Shown: piece after piece, positions 1-10,735 of the stretch | Layout of the letters: every line of letters starts with the position of its first letter | Numbering within the stretch: the first letter of the stretch is position 1 | Origin: Felis catus | Lineage: Eukaryota | Assembly (NCBI RefSeq): GCF_018350175.1 | Contig: NC_058368.1 | Coordinates: forward strand, 145,950,001-146,014,000 | Reading direction: 5' to 3' | Length of the DNA stretch: 64,000 bases | Program-made: the position numbers and the translations under genes | Notes under the pieces: model-generated | Database searches by the model: none | What the model saw: only the letters and a program-made list of their open reading frames with translations | What the model was told of the DNA's origin: nothing

Positions 1-19
1 GTAGCATTTCCAGATCTTT

Positions 20-157
20 TAGCATTCCTGTAAGATAGATATTACCGATCCCGTTTTCCGTATGAAGACACTGGCACTCAGTAATCAAGTAGCTAACGCA
101 GTCCTACAAGCTATAAGCAGTACAGTCAAGATTTGAACCCATGTTGGTCTGGCTCCA
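20..157 (-). mobile_element. MIR SINE fragment
   Basis: Resembles reverse MIR core (..attaccgatcccgttttccgtatgaagacactggcactcag..gatttgaaccca..tctggctcca). Confidence 0.6.
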
Positions 158-849
158 CTTAGTCACCCCCTCCTTTGAATTGGATAAGCCAGTCCCATAT
201 TCTTTTTCTTTCAGGTTTGCAAAGATTTGTTATTGTTTAAGTGAGAATATGTAGATATCCTTACAAGGCTACGCTGCATATTTTAGAAAATAACACATTT
301 TAGGTGAGAAAAAAATATTCCACTCAGGAATGTTTATTGTATGTGATTTTAAGCCTTCATTTTATAAAAGTTATGGTTAATCCATCTGTTTCTTCATAGC
401 ATAGATTATTTTCTTAGTCTAAAACCTCACCATTGTTCTACCTACATTGTTTTACCTACCTGGGTCTTAAGGCTTACTTTTTTATTTGATTCCTTGTTAC
501 CTTTCCTTCTTATTTATTCTAAATTACATGTTTCTTTCTTTCTATATTAATTATATTATAGTATAGTATATTAATTTATTATTTCATTTATTACTATCTT
601 ATCTGAAACTTCACAGTTTTCTTAGATAATGTGCCCAGGAAGAATATTGTGGACCAAGAATATCATAAAAGATGAAGCTACCAAAAAAAAAATATCCTTT
701 ACATTCTCAAGCCTTTGTCCTGTCCTTTTTTTATTGAGTAGTAAAACCATAGCAGAGATGTTAGGTTTTACCTGTGTCATATAATCAAAGAATTAAGAAG
801 TGCTAGAGTTGTAGTATTTTCTAATTGAAACAAAATGAAACAAAACAAA

Positions 850-1110
850 ACCTGATAGAGAGGAAGGAAAGCAATAAAACCAGATTTGGATTTTAGGAAG
901 CACACTTTGTAGGTATGGAGCATGTTTAGGAGATTACTGTAATAGTTTAGGCAAGAGCCAATAAGGTTTGAATGAAGATAGAGGGGATGGGGATACAAAG
1001 AGGATCAGATGTGGAGGCTGCTAAGGAGATAATAATTCATTGAACTAGAACAATCAGATGAGGAGGATGAGAAAGAAAGTTTCTTGACTCTCTCCCAAAA
1101 TGAAGAGAAG
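850..1110 (-). mobile_element. L2 LINE fragment (old)
   Basis: Purine-rich segment resembling reverse L2 (cagatttggattttaggaagcacact..gtttaggagattactgtaatagtttaggcaagag). Confidence 0.45.
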
Positions 1111-3470
1111 TCTGGGTGGAAAGATAACACTTACAGATAGATTTCTTTTTAATCTATTTGCTTATTACTTTGCCATAGGACACAAACTCAGTGTTTTGTT
1201 TTAGTTTTTGTTTTTTAACATAATGCCTGACATTTAATCAGAACTCCTTATGGACTAAGTTCAATTTTGATTATGCTGAGTTTTAGGTGCTCTCATGAGT
1301 CATATAGTTAGACGAGTAAAGTCCAAAAAAAATAACTAAAATACTAATTGTGATTATCTTTGTTTGTTAGAATTATACTAATTTTTGTTTTTTATTCTGA
1401 AAACCCCAAGTTTATCTTAATATTTTATCTTAAATATCCCAGATTGCCACAGTGAACATATATTACCTTCATTTTAAGTAAAAGTTAAAGCTTATTTATT
1501 ACTTCAAAAAAGAATAAGGCTGGGCAGGCAAATATGAAATTATCAGGGCAGACTATGGGGATGTATAATATGAATAATAATAATATAGGGTAACAAATAA
1601 TAATTTGAACAGAAATTTTGTTCTTATTTTATACTCCTATCCACATTTTGATAGTTCTGTTGTCACCATGCAATTGGGCATGAGTGTCCTATCTCATTTT
1701 CAAATTTCATATACACCCTTATTATTTATTAGAGGAGTCAGTGTTCTGGGCTAAAGCACTCACTCCTTCAGGCTACAAAAGCACATCACTGGTAATACCT
1801 CTTAGCCATTAGCTCCCCTCTTACAGTTGCCATCTTTTCCTTTCATTTTGAGTTATTGAAAAGTCTTTTATGTTAAGGCAAAAGAAGTCACTCTCTGTCT
1901 GTAACATTTCCTATAGCAGGGAGACCATTTTACAACAAAACTAAATATGAGGAAAATTAAACAAAGGCCAAACATATAAATTAGATACACACAAAATGAT
2001 TTTTGTTTCCATTTTTCTAGCCCAGAGTGAAACTTTCAATTAAATTTCTCTGAAACAGAGAGGGTTAGACCTAACCTTCTATAAGCCAATATGTCTGCTT
2101 TCCATTACAGCCTGAAAAATGAAAGGAAAGAAAGAAAAAAAAAACGGCCAAAGAGTTCTTTCAAGACCATAGGCAACTAAGAATTAGAGTGTATAGTACA
2201 GTGGAGGAGTGGAGGAACCAGAACCTATGTGAGGAAACAGAAACAAAAAACAGTTTCCCAAGGAAGAGAGTGGGTACAAACCTCTGACATGCTTTCTCCT
2301 GACAGTGATACATAAAATACTAATGACTCACTGGGGACAGTAGTGAGAGCAAAGCAGAAGAGATGGAGAAGGGAAAAAAGAACAAAGGCTATCCAAGGTC
2401 ATATTTTGTTTCTTGCCCTTAGTTTGTATCATTTTAAATTAAGCCAGTGTCTGACACTCCACTTTTTACTATAGGTCTGTAATGTGAGTGTATACATTTG
2501 ATATTTCTGGAAAACTTGTCTTTTACTATCAACATTCTTACTCTGCAGGATGTTTCTTGGAGACAGACAAACATATATTTAGTGAGATCTGACAAGCTAA
2601 TGATATACCACAGACTAAGAATAAAAGATAGAAATGATTTCTACTGTCCCAAGAAAAGAGGAAAAAAAGATTATTGGCGGGAGAAGGAACCAATCTCAAA
2701 ACTATCCTCATATTTCAATATCAGAAAGAATTTATCAAGTGCCTCCTTCAGGGTTTTCCTGTAGTCATCTTCATTAGAAAGTCACTAGGAATGTCATAAA
2801 TGCCAAGTATGAAAGAACATGATGTAAGGTTCACAGAATGGGGGAAAGTCTTGACCCACTTTTGAAAATCCATGTCGACGGAAAGTGCTGCCGTGAAGAC
2901 AAGGATTTTTATCGTTCATATATTATTTACAAGTGAAGGTGTTGCTAGCCAGGCCATTACGCATGAGAGACATGGTGAAGTCAGCTGTGGTACTAGGCAG
3001 ATCTCAAGAATTATAGCAGAATATAAATATGAGAGACAATCGTGACTAGGAGAGACTATTATAAACCATCAATCATGAGTCTAAAACCTAGTAAAAAACA
3101 ACAGAAAATGTATTTGCCCTTAGATACTCATAATAAATCTGGGTTTTAGATGCACTTAAATTTGATGTGCAAAGTTTGAATGTTTCAGTTGCAGTCAACA
3201 TAGTCACGCTATAATATAAAGAAAAGTGTATATATTTTTTATTTGGCAATGTTTATTCTAGAAGAAGAGGAGAAATGGAAACAGTAATTTGGGTAAGACA
3301 ATGTGTGAGAGAAATTGATAAATTCAGGCAAGGGAGAAGGTGGTACAAGGGGGCATTCAAAGGGCAAGCATGCATACATTAATAGATTATGATGCATGAA
3401 AGTTAGTGATCTGAGTTGTCAGTTATGTTAACCTAGGAGACTCTGTAGCAATGATATACATGAACATGGG

Positions 3471-3980
3471 TGTGGTAGACTGATAGCAGTAATGGTCTCA
3501 GCTCTTCACCCTTCCCTACATCCATGTCCTTTGCCTTGTGACTTTTCAGCTGTTGTCATCTGGTGGTGTAATATACTTCCTGGCCTCTTGATACAGAGAT
3601 CAGCCGTGTGGCTCACTTTGGCTGGTAGGATTTAGAATATATAACCAGGCAGAGACTTGGAAAGATGTTCATGCATTTCTGTTCATGCTCCTGTCCTTTG
3701 CCATCGATACCATGACAATGACACATGTGAGCTAACCTGAATAAGATCCATGTGGAGTACAACTGAATCATCCCAGACATCTTAGCCACAGCCATTTCCC
3801 AGATCAGCCATTAGCTAGCCAACCCCTAGACGTGCAAATGAACCTTGCCTAGATCACAGAGATGCTTAGCCACAGACCCCAGTTGTGGGGTGATTATTGT
3901 CGATGATTATTGTTATATGCTGCTGAGTATTTGTGGTTGGTCATGATAGGACATTTTTGTGGCCATAGAAGAACATTTCA
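3471..3980 (+). mobile_element. MaLR solo LTR (MLT1H-like)
   Basis: Starts tgtggtagactg; contains MLT1-type gccgtgtggctcactttggc, ggcagagacttggaaag and terminal gctgctgagtatttgtggttggt..ttgtggccatag. Confidence 0.7.
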
Positions 3981-4415
3981 ATGGGAAAGGTGATTATACT
4001 TATGATATCCAAGATGACCAAATGATTTCTTACATATAGACAGAATGGATCATATATTTTTGTTATTTGTCCCTTTAAGATTTATGTTGAATAGTGGGAA
4101 ATGATCAAGTTTTCAAAGACATGTAAATGTGTCTTCCCTTGTAGAAATCACATATTTTAGGTATTTCATTCAGTGTGTTAAGAACCTAATGTTAATATTA
4201 ACCAGCTGGATCTTTGTTTAGAAGTATGAATTCCAAAAAAATATATAAAAAGACCCCTTATAAAATTTCACTTTCTATGTGGAACCAAAATTAATTTTCA
4301 TTTGCATCTATTTTTTAAAAATTTGAGTGGTTAACAATAATTAACAATGTTGAGTGTTTACTATGCCCGATGTTGTAAGACAGAAGTACTAATGTTACCT
4401 TTAATTAAAATGAGA

Positions 4416-4543
4416 GGGCATTAAGAGCATACTTATCTTGATGAGCACTGAGTAATGTATGGAATTGTTAAATCAGTATAGTGTACACCTGAAACTAATA
4501 TAACACTGTATGTTAACTACACTGGAATTTAACTTTAAAAAGA
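4416..4543 (+). mobile_element. 5'-truncated carnivore L1, extreme 3' UTR
   Basis: gggcattaagagc..gatgagcactgagtaatgtatggaattgtt..gtacacctgaaactaatataacactgtatgttaactacactggaattt is the carnivore L1 3' terminus; candidate TSD aaaatgaga at 4407-4415 and 4838-4846. Confidence 0.85.
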
Positions 4544-4770
4544 GGGGTGCCTGCATTGCTCAGTCGGTTAAGTATCTGACTTCGGCTCAGGTCATGATCT
4601 CATGCTTTGTGAGTTGGAGCCTTATGTAGAGCTCTGCACTGACAGCTTGGAGTCTGGAGCCTGCTTCAGATTCTGTGTCTCCCTCTTTCTCTGTCCCTCT
4701 CCTGCTCGTGCATACTCTCATGCTCTCGCTCGCTCTCTCTCTCAAAAATAAACATTAAAAAACTCTAAAA
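4544..4770 (+). mobile_element. CAN-SINE (SINEC_Fc-like)
   Basis: ggggtgcctg..gctcagtcggttaag..ggctcaggtcatgatctc, (CT) tract, A-rich tail. Confidence 0.95.
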
Positions 4771-6126
4771 AATAAATAGATTTTAAAAATAAATAAATAG
4801 ATAGATAGATAGATAAATTTAAAAATAATCTATAAGAAAAATGAGACCCAGAGAGGTTAGGAAACTTGTTCCGTTTCACATAGCTAGATATACATGAGCT
4901 AAGATTTAGTAAGGCTTCAAACTCTACACTTTCAACCACCACAGTTAACTGACATGAGAAATAAAATAATTAAATGCTAGATTTGAAAATACACTTGTGA
5001 AATACACTTGAAATACACTTTTTATTTTTAAGGCAGTATTTCAGTGTAAATGCATTTTAATCATTTAAAAGTGCTCAAAACTTGTACTTGCTTATTCAAT
5101 AAAGTGGAGAGAAAGACATGAAATGTGCAATTAGGCAGTTGGGCACCTGCTGCTGCTTCTATCATCTTTATTTTCAGGTGTTTTTAGGCATTTTTCTTCA
5201 AACAAATTAACCAGTTTTGTTTTCATTTCCATCATATACATAATTGGAGTAATAGCATTTGATTCATTTAAAAAATAGAGCTGTGCCTTCCTTACGTTAA
5301 AAGACACAGCATAGTTACAGTATTATTATTATTATTTGTTAAACTAATACTTAAGAATTGGTAAGGGGTGACACATGTTCTTATCTAATCACATGCTTCT
5401 GCAGTGTGCTGCTAAAACACTGATCTGTGATGGTACCATCAGTATAGATTCCAAGACTCTTTGTACACAGTGTTCATAGTCCTAGGCTAATAAATAAACT
5501 ACTGCTTTGACATTTCTAGAAAGAAGCAGCACAGGACTAATAACACCATTTAGCTTGCAAAGGAACTTGTTTGAAGGCATAGCACCCCACTTTTGTTTAG
5601 TTACCTTCACTAACATTAGAAACTTAGACACATAAAATTTAGACAAGTTAATGGTTACACCTCCAATTACTGTGGAGGGAACTTGCAATATGGAATATGC
5701 TTGGCTTGAGTGGATCCTTACATTGCAGAGATCTAGAAGAAAAAAGTTGAAACATTTCACCTAGTTTTTAAGCAATAGCTGGAAAAAATGAGTGATATAG
5801 ATTATGAGTTTTCACTTCTTTTTAAGCATAGTTTTCCTAAATTTGTTTTTGTTATTCTTAAACATTATAAAGTGATCACATAATGGAAAAAGTACAAGCC
5901 TGAAGCAGAGATTCTTATTGGCAGACTAGAGAAACCTATGGATACCTTCTGAGAAAAGTGTTTTTAATTCATAAAATAAAATTCATATTACTACAAAGGA
6001 AAACTAGTTATAAGGAATATAGCTATCAGAATGTTTTTAAATATAATACTATATTGTATATATTCCTTTATTAATGCACTACATAATTAGACAATATATT
6101 TAAAATATATGAGAGTTAAAGTTAAA

Positions 6127-6347
6127 ATCTTTTTCTTTTTTAATGTTTGTTTATTTTTTGAAGGAGAGAGAAAGACAGAGTGTGAGTGGGAGAGGGGCAG
6201 AGAGACAGGGAGACACAGAATGTGAAACAGGCTCCAGGCTCTGAGCTGTCAGTGCAGAGCCCAATGTGGGGCTCAAACTCATGAGCTGTGAGATCATGAC
6301 CTGAGCAGAAGTCAGATGCTTAACCGACTGAGCCACTCAGGCGTCCC
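6127..6347 (-). mobile_element. CAN-SINE (SINEC_Fc-like)
   Basis: Reverse SINE ending ..accgactgagccactcaggcgtccc; flanked by a 24-bp direct repeat (6103-6126, 6348-6371). Confidence 0.95.
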
Positions 6348-6719
6348 AAATATATGAGAGTTAAAGTTAAATGTTATATTTTAAAAGCACAGTGTGTAGT
6401 CTAGAATAAGAACATCATGTATGGGGTGGTCTTTAATTCACCTCCTTTCAACTGTTGACCACCAACAATTAGAGGTATGAAGTACTGGAAAATAACCAAG
6501 ATGTCTGGGTCACCAGAGTGGGAACCCTCAAATTCATCATGATGACTAAATCACAAAGTAGTTCCTAGATAGTGCCTATGAGCATCTATAGGCAAGAAGG
6601 CTTCAATCACGTGTAATCTAGCAGGGATTATAAAATAGTTATGTATGTAAATGAGCACTCAAGATACCCTTTTCAACTGTAAGGTGATATGAAAGTATTT
6701 GTTATTTCTATCAGTGACT

Positions 6720-7094
6720 CTTATGAACTATTGTATCCTTCCCCCATTCAAATACTGAATCCCTGTTCTCTAATGTGATGGTATTTGGAGGAGGTAGGTA
6801 ATTAAGGAGGTAGGTAGATGAGGTCAGGAGGGAGGAGTCCCCATGTTGGGATTAGTGGCCTTATAAGAAAAGGAAGAGAGACTGGAGCTCTCTCTCTTCT
6901 CTTTCTCTGCCATGTGAAGACACGGAAAGAAGGCAACCATCTGTGAGTCAAAAAATGGCCCTTACCAGATACTGAATCTGCGAGTACCTTGATCTTGGAC
7001 TTTCTAGCCCCCAGAACTGGGAGAAATAAACGTCTATTGTTTAAACCATCCAGTCTATAGTATTTTGTTATGACAGACCAAGCCGACTAAGACA
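6720..7094 (+). mobile_element. MaLR solo LTR (MLT1A/B-like)
   Basis: aatgtgatggtatttggag, gggattagtggccttataagaa, ccatgtgaagacac, ccttgatcttggacttt, AATAAA and terminal gactaagaca. Confidence 0.85.
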
Positions 7095-7254
7095 GTAATA
7101 GTCACAGGTATCATGAATACTACTGAGGTTTGTTGCATACATTTAAAATGGAAAGAAATTCTTAGTTAGAAGTTATAAAATGGAGATATAAATTGGCTTT
7201 CTTGTCCAAGTTCATGGGTCTCTTGAATTAGAGTCATAAATCTATTTTAAATAA

Positions 7255-7444
7255 AGGTTCTACCACTTACTGACTGTGAACTTTGTCAAGCCATTTTAAT
7301 TTTCTGAGTTTGGCTTTTTTTAATTTATAAAATGAAAGCCTGAGTATGTATTTTATAGTGTGTTTCATGATCAAATGAGATCATGAATATGGGAAGGCTT
7401 TGTAAACTATGAAGTGATAAACAAATGTTAGCTAATTTTATTAT
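7255..7444 (+). mobile_element. MIR SINE
   Basis: ctaccacttactgactgtgaactttgtcaag..tataaaatg..aaatgagatcatg..aaatgttagcta. Confidence 0.7.
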
Positions 7445-7459
7445 GTAAACTTTTATTCT

Positions 7460-7666
7460 TTTTTTTAATGTTTACTTATTTTTGAGAGACAGAGACAGAG
7501 AATGAGCAGGGGAGGAAAAAGAGAGTGGGAGACACAGAATCCAAAGCAGGCTCCAGGCTCCTAGCTGTCAGCACAGAGCCTGACGTCAGGCCTGAACTCA
7601 TGAACCCCGAGATCATGACCTGAGCCAAAGTCTGATGCTTAATCGACTGAGCCACCCAGCACCCCC
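7460..7666 (-). mobile_element. CAN-SINE (SINEC_Fc-like)
   Basis: Reverse SINE; TSD taaacttttattct (7446-7459) / taaacttttactct (7667-7680). Confidence 0.95.
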
Positions 7667-7897
7667 TAAACTTTTACTCTCAAGGATATTTTGAATTTGG
7701 TTTGGGTTCAAATTCAATAACGTTTGAATCCAATTTGTTTTCTCACAAACTCAAATGATTCTTCAATCTCCCAGCACCTATTTAAGATACAAAGAAAAAG
7801 AGATGAGACAAAAAGAGCTGAGGGAAGCTAAATCAAAGAAAATAGAACAGGAACTACACAGAGGAGAGTAAGTGAAGCTAGCTCTCTTGCGGTCTTC

Positions 7898-8255
7898 ATT
7901 TTTAATTGAAGTTAAACATACCTACGGTAGAGTGTATAAAATGGACGAATTTTAGAATTATATAGCTTGATGACTTTATCATGTACAGACCTGGAAAACT
8001 ACCTCAGTCAAATTATAGAACATTTCCATACCCCAGAAGTTTCCTTCATGCTCTTTCCCACACATGTCCAGACCTTATCCCTGAGGTAACCACTGTTCTG
8101 ACTTCAACAGCATTGATTAGCTTTCCCTGTTCTTGAACTATATATAATGGTATGTAGGCTACTATGTCTAGCTTCTTTGCTTAATGTCTCTGAGATTTGT
8201 CCATTTTGTTGCATGTTATTGTTAGCAGTTTATTGTTTTTACTGCCTATGTAGAG
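7898..8255 (-). mobile_element. Old L1M 3' UTR fragment
   Basis: ttttaattgaagt..tagaacatttccataccccagaagtttccttcatgc..gaggtaaccactgttctgacttc is typical of reverse L1MD/ME 3' ends. Confidence 0.7.
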
Positions 8256-8421
8256 CTCCTTCACTTTTTATTGTCAGTTTCATGTTGCTCACAATCCTAC
8301 TAATTTAACTAATAATCTGTATCTCACTTTAGAGATGGTACAAACATGATGACCAGAAAGTAGAGTTCTCAAAGACAGCTTATAATTCCCCTTTCTTTCC
8401 AAGTCAAAAAGAAATGTTTCT

Positions 8422-8625
8422 GGGGCACCTTGGTGGCTCAGTCAGTTAAGCATCTGACTCTTGATTTCCACTCAGGTCATGAGGTCACAGTCGTGAGTTC
8501 AAACCCCACATCTGGCTCTGTGCTGACAGTGGGGAGCCTGTTTGGGATTCTCTCTCTCTGCCCTTTTCCCTCATGCTCTCCTGCCCACTCTCTCTCTCTC
8601 AAAATAAATAAGTAAACATTTTTTT
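8422..8625 (+). mobile_element. CAN-SINE
   Basis: ggggcaccttggtggctcagtcagttaag..; TSD aaaagaaatgtttc (8407-8420) / aaaagaaaatgtttc (8626-8640). Confidence 0.95.
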
Positions 8626-10078
8626 AAAAGAAAATGTTTCCATTTCTTTTAGGTATCCTTTCTTTCTCTAGATCTGGAACGCATGAAAATGTAAATAATC
8701 TATAGTGTGAAATGTGATAATATGAGCATTTTTGTGGTCTTTTCTGCCACCATCTTTGAGCAATTTCCCAATAGACCAAATCAGCCTTGAATCAATAATG
8801 ACTATTGTTGTAAGTTAAAGAAAAAAAATCCAGATCTAACATTAACAATAGAAGAGCAGAAAAATCATCTGAGAATCTAATATGAACCTCTTTGGGAATT
8901 TGTGAGCATAACTCTGGTTCCATCATATTAAAGATTGTCATGCTTATACAAAAGCTGAGAGACTAGGGTCTGTTTGCAATTACGAAATCGAAATGCAATT
9001 AACTAGTCACCGGGAACAAACAATGATGTATTTAAATGCCCTTTTGGAAATGTAGAATTGGTAACGGAGATCAGGTTCCCAAGGTTCGGATGTTTTCACT
9101 TATGGGCCTTCCTATGAAATATAGGTCTGAGGATCACTGCAATAGTTTGTCAGAGGAGAGAGAAAAATGAAAAATACAAAGCAAATGGCACTTCCATCTG
9201 GGCACTGGGGCTTCTCTTATTCTCAAAATACTTCAAAGGAAACTTTCCCTCCATTCTCTGAATCATTCTGTTCTGACCTCACTTATAATGCATAAATACA
9301 TTTCAAACCAAGGATTGAATTTTGCTGGCACATGATCTTTTTTCCTTACAAAATTATTGCATGAAGTGTCTCTGATATGGCTGAGATGTGTAATTCGGGT
9401 TGGAAAGAAAAAAAAAAACAAATGTTGCTTATGAAAGTAAGGATATTTCATTTCTCTTTCAATAATAGCATAGCTGACAAGATAGAAGTGTTCATTTTCC
9501 CCCTTCTCCTTTGCAAAAGCATTTCTCTAGTGTATGATTTCCTAAATATTCATTTTGATGTGTGTTAGCTCTTTGTTGTTTCTCTTAAAATCAGTCTTTA
9601 GTCAACTTTTGGCTATAGCTTTAACGGAGAAAAAAACCAGTGAAATACATCCTTAATAGTGGCAATTAAAAAAACCAAAATAACATTTTTTATATTTCCA
9701 ATACATATGTTCATTACAAGGGATATTAACTCAGTGAAATTAGTAGCCATTTTCTTTTTATTTCTCCCGATACTATACCAGTGGAGGTGGGAAAGGGTAA
9801 TAGAATGTTTTAAAGTTGAACAAAAGGAGAAGCAGTGAGGGGCCTGGATAATCCGTGAACTGTTTCTCAGACTGAAGCTTGATCCACTTATGGCCCCATA
9901 ATGAGAGTCTTGGAGAGGAACATAGGAGCTGTGAAGGATTCCCATGAATTTGGTTGACTTCTGAGGCTCATGCTCCACTCACTCAGAAGAGTGGGCTCTA
10001 GAGGTTAGTTGATTTTAAGGACTTGTAGAAAAAAATAAACAATGATAAAGGAACACTTCCGTTAGCAAGAAGTAGCTA

Positions 10079-10735
10079 CAGGCTCACCCCCAGTGATTGT
10101 AAACCTGGGGCAAGAGTACACTTGAAGGCCCTAGTCCACTTGTTTAAATACTTAAACATTACACACTAAGAGAAAATACTGTTAAGTAAGATGTTCCTGA
10201 CTTGTACCTTGAAAAATACCCCTTGATAACAATCTGGAAGGCCAGGTTAGAACTCAGCACTCTTAGACTCCTCAAAGTTTCCAGACAGAATGTGGCAGTC
10301 TGAGGAAAGCTGGTCGAGGCCCTGCTCTCCCCTTCCTACTCCCTGCAGACAGTCCTACCTTTCTTTCAACCTCAGCTCCATCCCAAATCTCAAGGCATCT
10401 CCTGAGTTCACATGTGGACACCTTAACCCTCTGGTGCAAACTCCATTTACAACTCCTGCAAATAGTAATCCCATGACCAGCTCCCAGGCCTAGGGTTGCA
10501 TATTACTCTAGGATTAAGCAGAGCCCCCAGAAATTCAGACCTGCAGAAAGGTCAACTCAGACCCTTCGAAAAGCATTTGGAGCCATTTGCACAGTGAATT
10601 CCAGGGTTCATGTATATTTAGCCTAATCTAGAAATGGCGGTGGGGCCCTGGATGGGCATGCCCCTTAGCCCCAGCCATGCCTCACCCTGCTAGAAAGGCA
10701 TGACTGAAGGAGCCCAGAGAAGAGCATTTACGAAG
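10079..10735. mobile_element. hAT-Tip100 DNA transposon (MER115-like)
   Basis: cctggggcaagagtacacttgaaggccc..taccttgaaaaatacccc..ctggaaggccaggttagaa..tcttagactcctc matches remembered MER115 consensus. Confidence 0.7.

Larger units (their letters stand above)
4335..4930 (-). mobile_element. MIR fragment split by an L1 3' end plus SINE
   Basis: Left part (ttgagtgtttactatgccc) and right part (gagacccagagaggttaggaaacttg..tcacatagctag) are collinear with reverse MIR. Confidence 0.6.
5905..7235. mobile_element. hAT-Charlie-type DNA transposon remnant in three pieces (~5905-6090, ~6615-6717, ~7095-7235)
   Basis: Pieces (ggcagactagagaaacctatggataccttctgagaa; caactgtaaggtgatatgaaagtatttg; gtcacaggtatcatgaatactactgaggtttgttgc..ccaagttcatgggtc) are collinear with a remembered hAT MER consensus; subfamily uncertain. 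Confidence 0.55.

Noticed and set aside
215..303. Acceptor ttctttttctttcag and donor TAG|GTGAGA bounding 89 nt
   Set aside because: Very AT-rich content; such acceptors are frequent by chance and nothing else supports it.
431..5020. Short tandem duplications (cattgttctaccta x2 at 431-458; aaatacactt x3 at 4987-5020)
   Set aside because: Ordinary slippage products with no spacer architecture; not CRISPR-like.
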